64,000 nucleotides of DNA, taken from IMG/VR virus record IMGVR_UViG_3300005618_000016. One strand, written 5' to 3'. Under the pieces are notes generated by a model. It worked only from the letters and a program-made list of their open reading frames with translations, was not told the origin of the DNA and searched no databases. Shown here piece by piece: positions 41,480 to 50,315 of this stretch. This DNA comes from an uncultured virus (IMG/VR IMGVR_UViG_3300005618_000016) (Duplodnaviria; Heunggongvirae; Uroviricota; Caudoviricetes). Position numbers and translations under genes: made by a program. How positions within the stretch are numbered: the stretch's first letter is position 1; each line of letters starts with the position of its first letter.

Positions 41480-42058
41480 ATGATGACGCGAGGTAGTTTT
41501 GTTCTGGCTCTCCTCCTGACCGGTTGCGGGGGCTCCCCGTTCGACGCTCCGGCGTTCACGGAGACGGACAGCGGCGGGGTCGTCGCTCCGGCGGCCGACG
41601 CTGACGGTACCGGAGGCGGCGCCTCGCTCGGGACCGGTGGTGCTACGCCCGGAACAGGAGGCGCCATCGGTGCTGGCGGCAGCATGGAAGAGGACGGTGG
41701 GGTGGTAGAGGGCTCGGGAGGGGCCCTGGGCACCGGAGGCGGCGTAGTCGCTGCCGACGCGTGCGCACCCGTCACGCACGACAACGGCCTCGGGCAGACC
41801 TGGCAGGACTGCGTCGCGCTCGGCACCTACACGCAGGTGCAAGCGATGAAGGCGTGCGCGGCATCCGGCGCAGGAATGTGTCTCGCGCTCAACGGATGCG
41901 GCGGCATCAACTGGGAGGTGCGTGGGTACACCACGGACGGCTCTCAGGTTCTCGGTTTCTGGATGTACGGTGGATCCGGTACCGGGCTCGTCGCCCCGGG
42001 GGCATCCGGATCTCCCCCTTGCTCAGGTCCGACTGCGTTCACGCACCAGTGGGAGTAG
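41480..42058 (+). CDS. Gly/Cys-rich lipoprotein
   Basis: lipobox LLTG-C, GTGG repeats, Cys-rich C-terminal domain. Confidence 0.75.
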   Translation: MMTRGSFVLALLLTGCGGSPFDAPAFTETDSGGVVAPAADADGTGGGASLGTGGATPGTGGAIGAGGSMEEDGGVVEGSGGALGTGGGVVAADACAPVTHDNGLGQTWQDCVALGTYTQVQAMKACAASGAGMCLALNGCGGINWEVRGYTTDGSQVLGFWMYGGSGTGLVAPGASGSPPCSGPTAFTHQWE

Positions 42059-42947
42059 CGCGCGCGAGCTCGAGGTATCGCTCGAATGGAAAATGGGCGC
42101 CGGGGTCTGTGTGATCCGGCCAGAACCCCATCGTTTTCGGATTCGGGAGTCCGTAGTGCTTCCAGTCCTGATACACGCGGGTCGAGTCGAAGTGTCCGCA
42201 GATCCCACCTCGACTACCTGAAAGTTGTCCGTGCAGTACACCCTTTCGGATCAGCGCGTCGCGCGTGCAAACAGCGACCTCGTCGAGCGACAGGCGCCTG
42301 AGCTCGAATCCGAAGTGTTGCGCTGCCTTCGCCGCGTGTTGCGCTGAGAGGCGAAGCATGGCGCCGTTGTCCGGACTCGCCCAGTCAGCATCGAGCTCTG
42401 CTGAGTACCCTGCGTGCTCTACGTGGTACCCGTTTGAATTCGCGCCAGGAGCGCCCCACGCGACGTCGCGCGGCAGAACGTACTGGACCCCGGAGTCGCG
42501 ATCGAATCCGGCGTGCGCGCTCGCCTTCGGCGCGAACCCGGGCGGCGGGGGCGACACGGGCGACTGCGGTTTCGCGAACCAGGCCCCGACCGCCTCCGCC
42601 GTATTCGATCCTTGTCGCGCTTCCATCACATGGACGATGAACAAGTTCACGAATCGTGGAACGGACACCCTCGTGTACCCGCTCGCCTGGATGAACCGAA
42701 GCGACGTGTCGAACAAATCCGGGGAAACGATCTCGGGACCCGGTGGACGATCCACAGCAGAGAGGGTACTCGGTCCGACCTCTCCGTCGGCCTTGAGCCC
42801 GTGGTCGTGTTGAAATTGGATCGTCGTCTTCTCGGTGCGCGGTCCGAAGTTGCCGTCCGCCTTCGTCGGATACCCGAGCCGATCCAGCGTGTTTTGCCAG
42901 TCGAACACCACCAAACCGTGTGACCCTAGCTTCAAGATGGTCGTCAT
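42039..42947 (-). CDS. endolysin: peptidoglycan-binding domain + N-acetylmuramoyl-L-alanine amidase
   Basis: LKLGSHG..V..WQ..L...ADGNFGPRT...FQ...GLKADGEVGPST; IVH, SAH, VAWGA, HVEHAG, GH, HTDPG. Confidence 0.9.
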   Translation of the reverse strand: MTTILKLGSHGLVVFDWQNTLDRLGYPTKADGNFGPRTEKTTIQFQHDHGLKADGEVGPSTLSAVDRPPGPEIVSPDLFDTSLRFIQASGYTRVSVPRFVNLFIVHVMEARQGSNTAEAVGAWFAKPQSPVSPPPPGFAPKASAHAGFDRDSGVQYVLPRDVAWGAPGANSNGYHVEHAGYSAELDADWASPDNGAMLRLSAQHAAKAAQHFGFELRRLSLDEVAVCTRDALIRKGVLHGQLSGSRGGICGHFDSTRVYQDWKHYGLPNPKTMGFWPDHTDPGAHFPFERYLELARATPTGA

Positions 42948-42967
42948 GTTGGGTCTCGCATGTTAAC

Positions 42968-43363
42968 ATGCACCCCATGTTGAAGACAGGGCTCGAGTTC
43001 GCACCCGGAACCAGCAACGACTGCAAGAAGTTGATCGGACGACTCTTGACCCCAGAGAACATTCTGTCTGCGTACCGCACCGCGCGTGAAGAGTGCGGAA
43101 CGAGCGACATCGTGCTCTTCTTGTCCGATCAGGATCCGACCATCCACGGAGGATCTCGAATCGCGTACTGCAAGCACCTCCAGAAAGTTTTCGGCAGAGC
43201 CGCCTCTGGCTTCAGGATGTGGAGTCACTCCGCGCACGGGGTCATGAAGCTACCGAACGACTCGGAGGCCACGTGGCTCGTCGTCGACGTTCGAGGGGCG
43301 GACTTGCCGGTGATGTGCGTGATCTACGCGATGCCGTACGAAGTCACCATGAGCCCGAACTGA
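42968..43363 (+). CDS. hypothetical protein, inverted within the lysis cluster
   Basis: ATG lies within a 14-bp palindrome. Confidence 0.55.
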   Translation: MHPMLKTGLEFAPGTSNDCKKLIGRLLTPENILSAYRTAREECGTSDIVLFLSDQDPTIHGGSRIAYCKHLQKVFGRAASGFRMWSHSAHGVMKLPNDSEATWLVVDVRGADLPVMCVIYAMPYEVTMSPN

Positions 43364-43870
43364 TCATCGAGGCCGCGACGGAAGCTTCGGTCGAGGCAGT
43401 GGGCGTTCCTCTGGAGGTGTCGAATCATCCGAGGAGTGACTGTAGCGCGTGTCTTCTGGTGGCCGAACCCGCTGCATCTTGTCGGTAGAGTCGCTGCTCC
43501 TCATACCGGCCGGGACGATGTCCACAAGCCGATGTACACCGGTAGGCAAAAGCTCACCGGTTTCTTGCGCTGCACCGATCGACAGCACGTAGCTGGCCAT
43601 CTTGTGAAAATCTTCCTCTCGTGCTTTCACGAGCGCGTCGTGCTTCTCGCCGAGTCGCTTCAAAGTTTCCTTCGCGTCTGCCCGTTCGCGCTCGCGTTCT
43701 TCGCGTTCGTGTTTCAGTTCGGCCTTCAGTGTCGCGATCTCTTCTTTCCGCGTGACGCCGATGGCGTTCCAGATCGCCTTCACCGCGAGCACGAGTGCTC
43801 CTCCTACAGCAGGAAGGATTACTCCCCACTCGATGGCGCTGATCTGGTCGGCCACGGATCTGTCTCTCAC
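43364..43870 (-). CDS. single-TM coiled-coil protein (holin/lysis accessory candidate)
   Basis: WGVILPAVGGALVLAVKAIW followed by a charged coiled coil; near the endolysin. Confidence 0.5.
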   Translation of the reverse strand: MRDRSVADQISAIEWGVILPAVGGALVLAVKAIWNAIGVTRKEEIATLKAELKHEREERERERADAKETLKRLGEKHDALVKAREEDFHKMASYVLSIGAAQETGELLPTGVHRLVDIVPAGMRSSDSTDKMQRVRPPEDTRYSHSSDDSTPPEERPLPRPKLPSRPR

Positions 43871-44325
43871 GGATCGCTTTGCGGTTCGTCTTCCGCCGCC
43901 TTGGGCGGCTCGATTCCCAGCCGTCGCTCGATCTCATCGAGCCTGAAGTCGGTTGCGTTCTGAGATGTCATGAGACGGTGCGTGCGCTCTCTCAGGCGTT
44001 TGATCTGCTTGTCTTGCTCCACGAGCTTTTTCGCCTGCTCGTCGGCGCGCTTCGTAGAACGCTCGTAGTGCGCGACGATCTGCGAGCCGATGTCTCGGAT
44101 CGCCATCAGGATGCGCTCATCTCGCTTGTCGATCTGATCGATCAAGTCTTGCCGGAAGTGACTGAACACGTCGAGCACGTCCTCCGCGGTAGGCGGTGGC
44201 ATCGGCTGCGTTGCGCGAAAATCCGGAAGTCCCTCTCCGGTCTTTCGTTCCCACGGCGGTGGGGGATCCCCGGTCGGATGATCTTCGGGTATCGGGGTCT
44301 CTCGGTCGTTTTCGATGTCGCTCAT
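43867..44325 (-). CDS. coiled-coil hypothetical protein
   Basis: coupled ORF. Confidence 0.6.
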   Translation of the reverse strand: MSDIENDRETPIPEDHPTGDPPPPWERKTGEGLPDFRATQPMPPPTAEDVLDVFSHFRQDLIDQIDKRDERILMAIRDIGSQIVAHYERSTKRADEQAKKLVEQDKQIKRLRERTHRLMTSQNATDFRLDEIERRLGIEPPKAAEDEPQSDP

Positions 44326-45137
44326 GTTCGTTGCGGCTCGGGGAGAGTTGGGGTCGATCGGTGAGGAACGTAGTACATGATGAGCGCGCCGCCGACTACG
44401 ACGGCAGCGATGGTGGCGGTGATCCACACCCACCGAAACGTGTTCGGTACCTCTTCTGCGGCTCCCTTGAGCCCCTTCGCAACGGCCTGCGTGACGTCCG
44501 CCGCCATCCCGAGCTCGTCTGCGACGCCGTACCCGATGAGCTGGAGCACGCCCTTGGTGGTGATGTACGCACCTTCTATGCGCGCACGGAGCTCTTGCTG
44601 CGCGCTGAACGACGGAACGTCCGGGAGCTTCACCGGGCTGAGGTGAAAGTTCTTCTCGATCTCGCGGAGCTGGTTCGCGTAGTCGCGACCGACCCGCATC
44701 ACGGCGTTCTGCTGCGCGGCGAGCATCGACGGAGCGCCTGCGACGATGTCGGCAGCGGACTTGTCCTTCCACGCGTTCCACTGCGTGAGGATCCCGCCCG
44801 GATCGGTGGGGCTAATCTTCCTCCTCGTGAGCGAAAGTGCGTTGCAGAAGTCGCTGACGCTCGTCGACGTCGTTGCCGGCAGCTTGTCGAAGATGCCAGT
44901 AGGACACTGCTGCGCCATCGGGTTTTGCTCGAAGGCGTCGTTCAGGTCGCGCCAGATCTGGAGGTGCGCAGAGATGAAGGGTTCCCACATCTGTCGGTAG
45001 GCGAGCAGGTCGCCTGCGTCTCCGACTCCGACCCCTTGAAGCCCCGGGTTCAAGGCGATGACCTTGCGACCCCCGTAGTAGATCCCCTCCGGTCGAATGA
45101 TTGGGCATTCGCCGAGGAACAGGTTCTCGTGCATCAT
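44322..45137 (-). CDS. C-terminally membrane-anchored putative virion protein
   Basis: MMHENLFLG N-terminus, GVGVGD motif, C-terminal TM. Confidence 0.65.
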   Translation of the reverse strand: MMHENLFLGECPIIRPEGIYYGGRKVIALNPGLQGVGVGDAGDLLAYRQMWEPFISAHLQIWRDLNDAFEQNPMAQQCPTGIFDKLPATTSTSVSDFCNALSLTRRKISPTDPGGILTQWNAWKDKSAADIVAGAPSMLAAQQNAVMRVGRDYANQLREIEKNFHLSPVKLPDVPSFSAQQELRARIEGAYITTKGVLQLIGYGVADELGMAADVTQAVAKGLKGAAEEVPNTFRWVWITATIAAVVVGGALIMYYVPHRSTPTLPEPQRT

Positions 45138-45694
45138 GTCAGGCTCGCGTTCTCTGGCGCTTTTGCTGGTGCGCGCGCGATGTTCGAGAATGTGATCTTG
45201 TCGGCCCAGTAAGACGCCAGCGGCAACGAATTCGGTAATGTCGTAGGTCGCGTAGGAGTGAGCGCGAATGTGATGACGCCTACGTCGGTGACGTTGAAGA
45301 CGCGCTGGTCGAGAATTTTGAGTCCAACATCAGTTAGAGCGGCCCGCACAGCGCGTTCTACCTCGGTCTCGTCGTATCCGTTGCCCCTAATCAGATTCAA
45401 CTTTCCGACGGCTGTCCATACTTCACCCGGCTGCATTTGCTGAGACGAAGAGGATACGGCACCGGATACGCGTATCCCAAGGAGTGAACCGGCAACTCCT
45501 CCGAAGACGGTTCCCGTAGCCGTACCGAGAACACCCTTAGTGATGGCGTGTCCCAGGTACGCGCCACCGACGGCTCCGAGAAGACCTCCTAACACGAACC
45601 CTTCGTAGGAACGCTTCTCCGAGTCCTCTGTGGAAATCGCCGCACCGAATCCGATGACCGGTGCTGCTCCCAAGTAGATCTTCTCGTGCATCAT
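45134..45694 (-). CDS. glycine-zipper membrane protein
   Basis: MMHEKIYLG; GxxxG-rich TM helices. Confidence 0.65.
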   Translation of the reverse strand: MMHEKIYLGAAPVIGFGAAISTEDSEKRSYEGFVLGGLLGAVGGAYLGHAITKGVLGTATGTVFGGVAGSLLGIRVSGAVSSSSQQMQPGEVWTAVGKLNLIRGNGYDETEVERAVRAALTDVGLKILDQRVFNVTDVGVITFALTPTRPTTLPNSLPLASYWADKITFSNIARAPAKAPENASLT

Positions 45695-45870
45695 TTTCGT
45701 TTCCCTCGCACGCTGCGTGCGGCTTCTTCGATGACCCATCCGGCGGCAGCGCTCATGACGCTCGTCGCGAGCGCTAGTGCCCACGAAGGTGTCTGCGCGG
45801 TGGCCGGCGCTACCACCTCGGACTGACCGAACCCCGCGCTCGGCGCGTCTCCCAAAAACAGTTGCTCCAT
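45691..45870 (-). CDS. small membrane protein
   Basis: MEQLFLGDAP..GFG; TM and basic tail. Confidence 0.6.
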   Translation of the reverse strand: MEQLFLGDAPSAGFGQSEVVAPATAQTPSWALALATSVMSAAAGWVIEEAARSVRGKRK

Positions 45871-46292
45871 CACCCGCCCTTTTTCAGAGAGTAGATGGTG
45901 GCGATCGTTCCCGCCGCGAGACTGGCCGCCGTGAGTATCGTCACGGCCTTGCTCCACTTGCTCTCCTCTTCAGGAGATTTGATCCCCTCCGCATCCGGGG
46001 TGCCGCTCGGTAGGAAAACGCTTCCAGCTCGGAAGCACCCTTGCACCAAGTTTCCTTGCTCGTCGCGTCCCCACGCATGCGGCTCGACTCGGATGAGCGC
46101 CGTGATACCCGGCAGCGGATAGCTCTCGGTCGCCCCGAGCGGGACGGACGTGTCGGACGCGATAGCACCGGCTCGCTTGGCGAGCGCATCGGGGACGGGT
46201 CCATCACTCTCCAACCAAGGTCGCCAGCCGTCCGGCGGAGGTACGCGGGGACACTGCGCGGCAAGCTCTGGGCCGACGCCGTACTGTGCCAT
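45870..46292 (-). CDS. C-terminally anchored membrane protein
   Basis: C-terminal TM followed by KKGG. Confidence 0.6.
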   Translation of the reverse strand: MAQYGVGPELAAQCPRVPPPDGWRPWLESDGPVPDALAKRAGAIASDTSVPLGATESYPLPGITALIRVEPHAWGRDEQGNLVQGCFRAGSVFLPSGTPDAEGIKSPEEESKWSKAVTILTAASLAAGTIATIYSLKKGG

Positions 46293-46317
46293 CCCGCAAG
46301 AGTCTACGTGTGACGGC

Positions 46318-46348
46318 TTGACACGTCTACCTGCGAGCCTGTAAGTAT
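46318..46348 (+). promoter_or_regulatory. sigma70-like promoter candidate at the divergence point
   Basis: TTGACA, then 17-18 nt, then (G)TAAGTA. Confidence 0.4.
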
Positions 46349-46388
46349 GCCAGAGGGTGACCCGAAGGTGACCGAAAGTAAAACCCGG

Positions 46389-46595
46389 ATGAAGAACACC
46401 CCGAAGCCGATCTCCAAGAAAACAAGGGTGGCGGTCGTCAAACTCACCCCGGAGCAGTACGAGCTGATCGAACAGCGCGCTTCGGAGTGCGGAGTACGGG
46501 TTGGGCACTGGATGCGGTCGATTCTGATGCAAGTGGCGAATCGCCCCGCGAAGGGTTACCTCAAAATCCGCGAGCCGAACGGAGCATTGAGCTGA
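46389..46595 (+). CDS. ribbon-helix-helix regulator
   Basis: VAVVKLTPEQYELIEQRASECGVRVGHWMRSIL. Confidence 0.65.
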   Translation: MKNTPKPISKKTRVAVVKLTPEQYELIEQRASECGVRVGHWMRSILMQVANRPAKGYLKIREPNGALS

Positions 46596-47089
46596 TGGAT
46601 CCGCGCAACATGATGGGGTTCGACATCCCGGGCGACCAGCGTGTGCCGGTTCCGGTTCGGGACTGGAACGCGATGAAGCTCGCGGTCTGGCGCAGCCGAG
46701 TGGGTTGGAAGATCGCGGAAGATCGCGCGATGGAGATCATCGCGTCGTGTCGTCACGCGGACGGATGTCAGGGGAAGGACATCGAGACCGCTCCGTGTCT
46801 GTCCGGTTGCCCGGATCGCGAGTACCGCATGAGCGCGCTCGTCATCTTGAACGCCGCTCGGATGTTCGCTCCGGTTCACGCGCCGAAACCTGCGGACGCG
46901 CCGTACTACGCGCCGAGCCGAGAGTATTTCAGCGATGTGCTGGCGGAGCTCGCCGGATCGCAGGTCGAGATCTTGCGACTGCGCGAGATGCTTCGCGCGG
47001 CTGGTATCGAACCGTCGCCGCCTTCACCGGATCCGGCGCTACCGCCGTCCGCGTCTGTGCCTGCTCAGCTCGAGGAGAAAACGTCGTGA
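46595..47089 (+). CDS. hypothetical Cys-containing protein
   Basis: coupled ORF. Confidence 0.6.
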   Translation: MDPRNMMGFDIPGDQRVPVPVRDWNAMKLAVWRSRVGWKIAEDRAMEIIASCRHADGCQGKDIETAPCLSGCPDREYRMSALVILNAARMFAPVHAPKPADAPYYAPSREYFSDVLAELAGSQVEILRLREMLRAAGIEPSPPSPDPALPPSASVPAQLEEKTS

Positions 47090-47415
47090 GGGAACCGAAG
47101 AACAAGTGGATGGTCGGCAAAGCGATGCTCGCCAAGATGCCGGAGCGAACCATCGTCCTGGTAGGGGATCCGTCCCGAAAGGTGACGCGCTACTACCTGA
47201 TCGAGGACGTGAGCGAAGAGGCGGCGGCACAGGGGTACAAGTCTGGGGACATCGTACTGGCGCGCGTAGCGCACGACATTTTCCTCAGAGCGGGAACAGA
47301 GCACGCTGTGGCCATCGAGACGCACGAAGTGATCTACGTCGAGCGAAGCATGGTGCTCGCCGAATTCACGGATCTGCAAGGCGCGCCGATGGTGGTGCCC
47401 GAGGCGGCGCAATGA
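47086..47415 (+). CDS. divergent GroES-like co-chaperonin
   Basis: EPKNKWMV...TIVLVGDPSRKVTRYYLIEDVS...YKSGDIVL versus GroES [21 protein letters not shown]...VKVGDIVI. Confidence 0.55.
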   Translation: MREPKNKWMVGKAMLAKMPERTIVLVGDPSRKVTRYYLIEDVSEEAAAQGYKSGDIVLARVAHDIFLRAGTEHAVAIETHEVIYVERSMVLAEFTDLQGAPMVVPEAAQ

Positions 47416-48041
47416 ATCCGCTCCTGCGGAAACATGAAGCGTGCGCGTGTCGCACTCCGAAGCGAACGCTCGTGCGTCCTCGCGGTCCGCGCCTGGTGCG
47501 CGAAGTCTCCGAGTACCAACGCCCGAAGCGACCGAGCGGTACGGAGCCCGTCGTCATCGTGGGTAAGCCCGGCTCGAAGTGCCGACCATTCCTCAAGATC
47601 GAGAAGGATGCCGACAAGTTCGCAGCGTGCAACGCGCTCGCCGACGAGCTGGGCGAGATCGACGCGCCCAAGAAGGCGTTCCGTATCATCGAAGATGCGA
47701 TCGGGGACGAGGTCAACGAGGTGTTCGGCGTGATGATGCTCGACATCCATCTTCGCTTCAAAGGTCTCGCGGAGACCGGACGCGGGGAACCGGCGAGCGT
47801 CATGGCGCCGCTCCAACCGACGCTTCAGATCGCGCTCGCTTCGGGAGCGAATTCGATCGTCATCTGGCACTGCCACCCCTCGGGGATCGAAGCGGAACCG
47901 AGCGAAGCCGACAAGGAGACCACCGAAGCGTTCGCCGAAGCGTGCGAGATCATCGGTCTGCCTCTCATCGATCACGTCATCGTTGGGGGCACGTCGCGCA
48001 AGCGCAGCTACTTCTCGTTCGCAGAGGCCGGCCTGCTGTGA
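47412..48041 (+). CDS. JAB/RadC-like domain protein
   Basis: NEVF, IWHCHPSG..EPSEADKETT...LIDHVIVG...YFSFAEAGLL. Confidence 0.88.
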   Translation: MNPLLRKHEACACRTPKRTLVRPRGPRLVREVSEYQRPKRPSGTEPVVIVGKPGSKCRPFLKIEKDADKFAACNALADELGEIDAPKKAFRIIEDAIGDEVNEVFGVMMLDIHLRFKGLAETGRGEPASVMAPLQPTLQIALASGANSIVIWHCHPSGIEAEPSEADKETTEAFAEACEIIGLPLIDHVIVGGTSRKRSYFSFAEAGLL

Positions 48042-48085
48042 GAACCGTCCCCCGTTCACACCTTTCCCACGGAGTTCACCCCGCG

Positions 48086-48493
48086 ATGCTCGAAACGAAG
48101 ACCACCGAACTGCCTCCGCCGAATCCGGAAGCACCGATGCTCGTGACCGTATTCACCGACAATCTCGTCCCCGACGACAGGGACAACAACGCTTCGGTGG
48201 TGTGGGCTGTCAGCAAATCTCACCCGTACGTACCCGGGGTGAAAGTCCTGCGCATGTTCATCGCTCTCGAGCGCGGCGGAATCGAGATTTACTCCGTCTC
48301 CGAAGACGGGAAAATCTGCATGCGCGATCTGGTGCCGATGAGCCGCCTTCGTCTGGCCCAGGAAGCGATGACCTCCGAAATCTTCATCGACGAGCTCGCC
48401 GCCGCGGAAGAGGGCGGTGACGACGACGAAGACGAACCGGAAGACGAGCCCGAAACAACCCAGCCCTCCGCCAACGGGCAGGCGGCATCCTGA
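48086..48493 (+). CDS. hypothetical protein with an acidic tail
   Basis: GGAG SD. Confidence 0.6.
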   Translation: MLETKTTELPPPNPEAPMLVTVFTDNLVPDDRDNNASVVWAVSKSHPYVPGVKVLRMFIALERGGIEIYSVSEDGKICMRDLVPMSRLRLAQEAMTSEIFIDELAAAEEGGDDDEDEPEDEPETTQPSANGQAAS

Positions 48494-48497
48494 ACCG

Positions 48498-50090
48498 ATG
48501 TCGACACGTCGTAAACGATCCACCACGGAGCGCGAGGAGCGCTCTGGTTCCGTTCTCCTTCCCGATCAGGACGACGAAGCCGACATCTTGCGTGAGGTAG
48601 GCGCCGAGCCCGACGAGAACGGAGGCATGGTCGCCGACGAAGACAAGGTGCGCGAGATCGGGGCCGTGGACGCCGAGACCGTGCGCGCGAATCGCAGGAT
48701 GGAAGAGTTCCGGAAGCAGAAAGTCGGCAACGTTCCGGGCGTCATGTTCGGATCTGACGACGTGCTCGAGAAGTACGAGGCGATGTTGAGGGTGTGGCCC
48801 GCGAGCACTCTCGACATCTCCGTCAAGCGTCTCACCGGTGACGGTTCGACTCACACGATCAAGAGTCGTCCGCGTTCGGGGCACGAGCTCTACGAGGCGA
48901 TCCTATCCGTACACGGACAGAACGATGTCACCGAGTACGAGGTGAAGTGCTTCGACACGACCAGCAAGCAGTACCGCATCCACGGAGGGCGCATCAAAAT
49001 GCCGGACACGCGTCCTCCGACGCAGCAAGGACAACCCGCACCCATGCTGTACCCCCCGCCCGGGTATCCTCCGCAGCCTCCTTACTCGGGGTACCAGGCT
49101 CCGCAGCAGCCGGCGGCACCAGCGGCACCGGCGCATCCGGCCCCAGCTCCCGCCGTCGTCGATCCGATGGCGATGATGGGGCAGCTCCTTCAAATGCTGC
49201 CCCAGATCCAGCAGTTGTTGCAGCCGCAGCCACAGCCGCAGGTTGCGCAGCCGCCTCCGCCTCCTCCGCAGATGCCGCCGATGCCTCCGGCGTCCGATCC
49301 CGGCGCGATGCTGGTGTGGCTCCAACAGGCGGTGCAGACGATTCAGCAGATCCAATCCACGGCGCAGCCTCACCCTGCTCCGCAACAGCCTCCTCCGTAT
49401 CAGCCCCAGCAGCCGCCGCAACAGCAGCAGCCTCCGATGCCGCAAGGCCCGACGCGCGCGGCTCCTCCGGGCATGGCGTGGATCTGGGAACCCGGGTACG
49501 GTTTCGTGCTCTCCCCGGTCGGAGGAACTACTCCGTCGACTCCGATGTCTCCGATGGCGCGCGGACCGCGTCCCTCTTACTACAACCCGCAGAGGGACGA
49601 TCAACCGCATCGGGAGCCGCAGCGGGAAGCAGCGTTGCCACCGCCACGCACGGCCGCTCAGCAGTTCCAGGACTCGATCTCGACCATCCGTACCACTGTG
49701 GAGATGATGCGAGAGCTCAACGATCTGATTCCTGGCGCGGATCAGTCGAGCCCGTCCACTCCTTCTCAAGAGAGCGACAGCCCGATCGCTGTCATCCCCG
49801 CAGGTCCCGCCAAGATCGTCGTCAACACGTCGGACGGTTCGCTTCGTCTCATGGAGACTGCCTTCGCGAATATGGGGCCCCTCGCGAATTGGGTTGGAGA
49901 ACAGCACAAGATCATCCAGAGGGCTGCGGCGGATCGGCAGCGCCAGCAGCAGCCGCAACAGCAGCTCCAGGGACACGCGGTAGTGGAGGAAGCACCAGGA
50001 ACGGACCTTCCTCCTCCTCCAGAAGACGTTCCGCCTCCGATACACACAGGCAGGCGGACGTGGGAACCGCCCACGATCCCCGAAAGATGA
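48498..50090 (+). CDS. Pro/Gln-rich low-complexity protein
   Basis: globular N-terminal domain followed by long P/Q tracts. Confidence 0.75.
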   Translation: MSTRRKRSTTEREERSGSVLLPDQDDEADILREVGAEPDENGGMVADEDKVREIGAVDAETVRANRRMEEFRKQKVGNVPGVMFGSDDVLEKYEAMLRVWPASTLDISVKRLTGDGSTHTIKSRPRSGHELYEAILSVHGQNDVTEYEVKCFDTTSKQYRIHGGRIKMPDTRPPTQQGQPAPMLYPPPGYPPQPPYSGYQAPQQPAAPAAPAHPAPAPAVVDPMAMMGQLLQMLPQIQQLLQPQPQPQVAQPPPPPPQMPPMPPASDPGAMLVWLQQAVQTIQQIQSTAQPHPAPQQPPPYQPQQPPQQQQPPMPQGPTRAAPPGMAWIWEPGYGFVLSPVGGTTPSTPMSPMARGPRPSYYNPQRDDQPHREPQREAALPPPRTAAQQFQDSISTIRTTVEMMRELNDLIPGADQSSPSTPSQESDSPIAVIPAGPAKIVVNTSDGSLRLMETAFANMGPLANWVGEQHKIIQRAAADRQRQQQPQQQLQGHAVVEEAPGTDLPPPPEDVPPPIHTGRRTWEPPTIPER

Positions 50091-50094
50091 GGCC

Positions 50095-50286
50095 GTGCGC
50101 TACCGAATCATCATGAGCGTCGAGGTCGTGGCGCGCGACGATCGACAGGCACACGAGAACGCGCTCAAGCTAGCCGATCTGCTCAAATCCCCCATGGTGA
50201 AGATGGCGGTTACCAGCGCAGGGATTCAGCTTTCTGGCGATGACGGGGATCCGATCGTACACCGTCCGCAACGCTCGGTTGCCTGA
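50095..50286 (+). CDS. small hypothetical protein
   Basis: GAGG SD and GTG start. Confidence 0.5.
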   Translation: MRYRIIMSVEVVARDDRQAHENALKLADLLKSPMVKMAVTSAGIQLSGDDGDPIVHRPQRSVA

Positions 50287-50315
50287 AGTAGCGGGTAGCG
50301 CGTAGTCTTCTGGGT

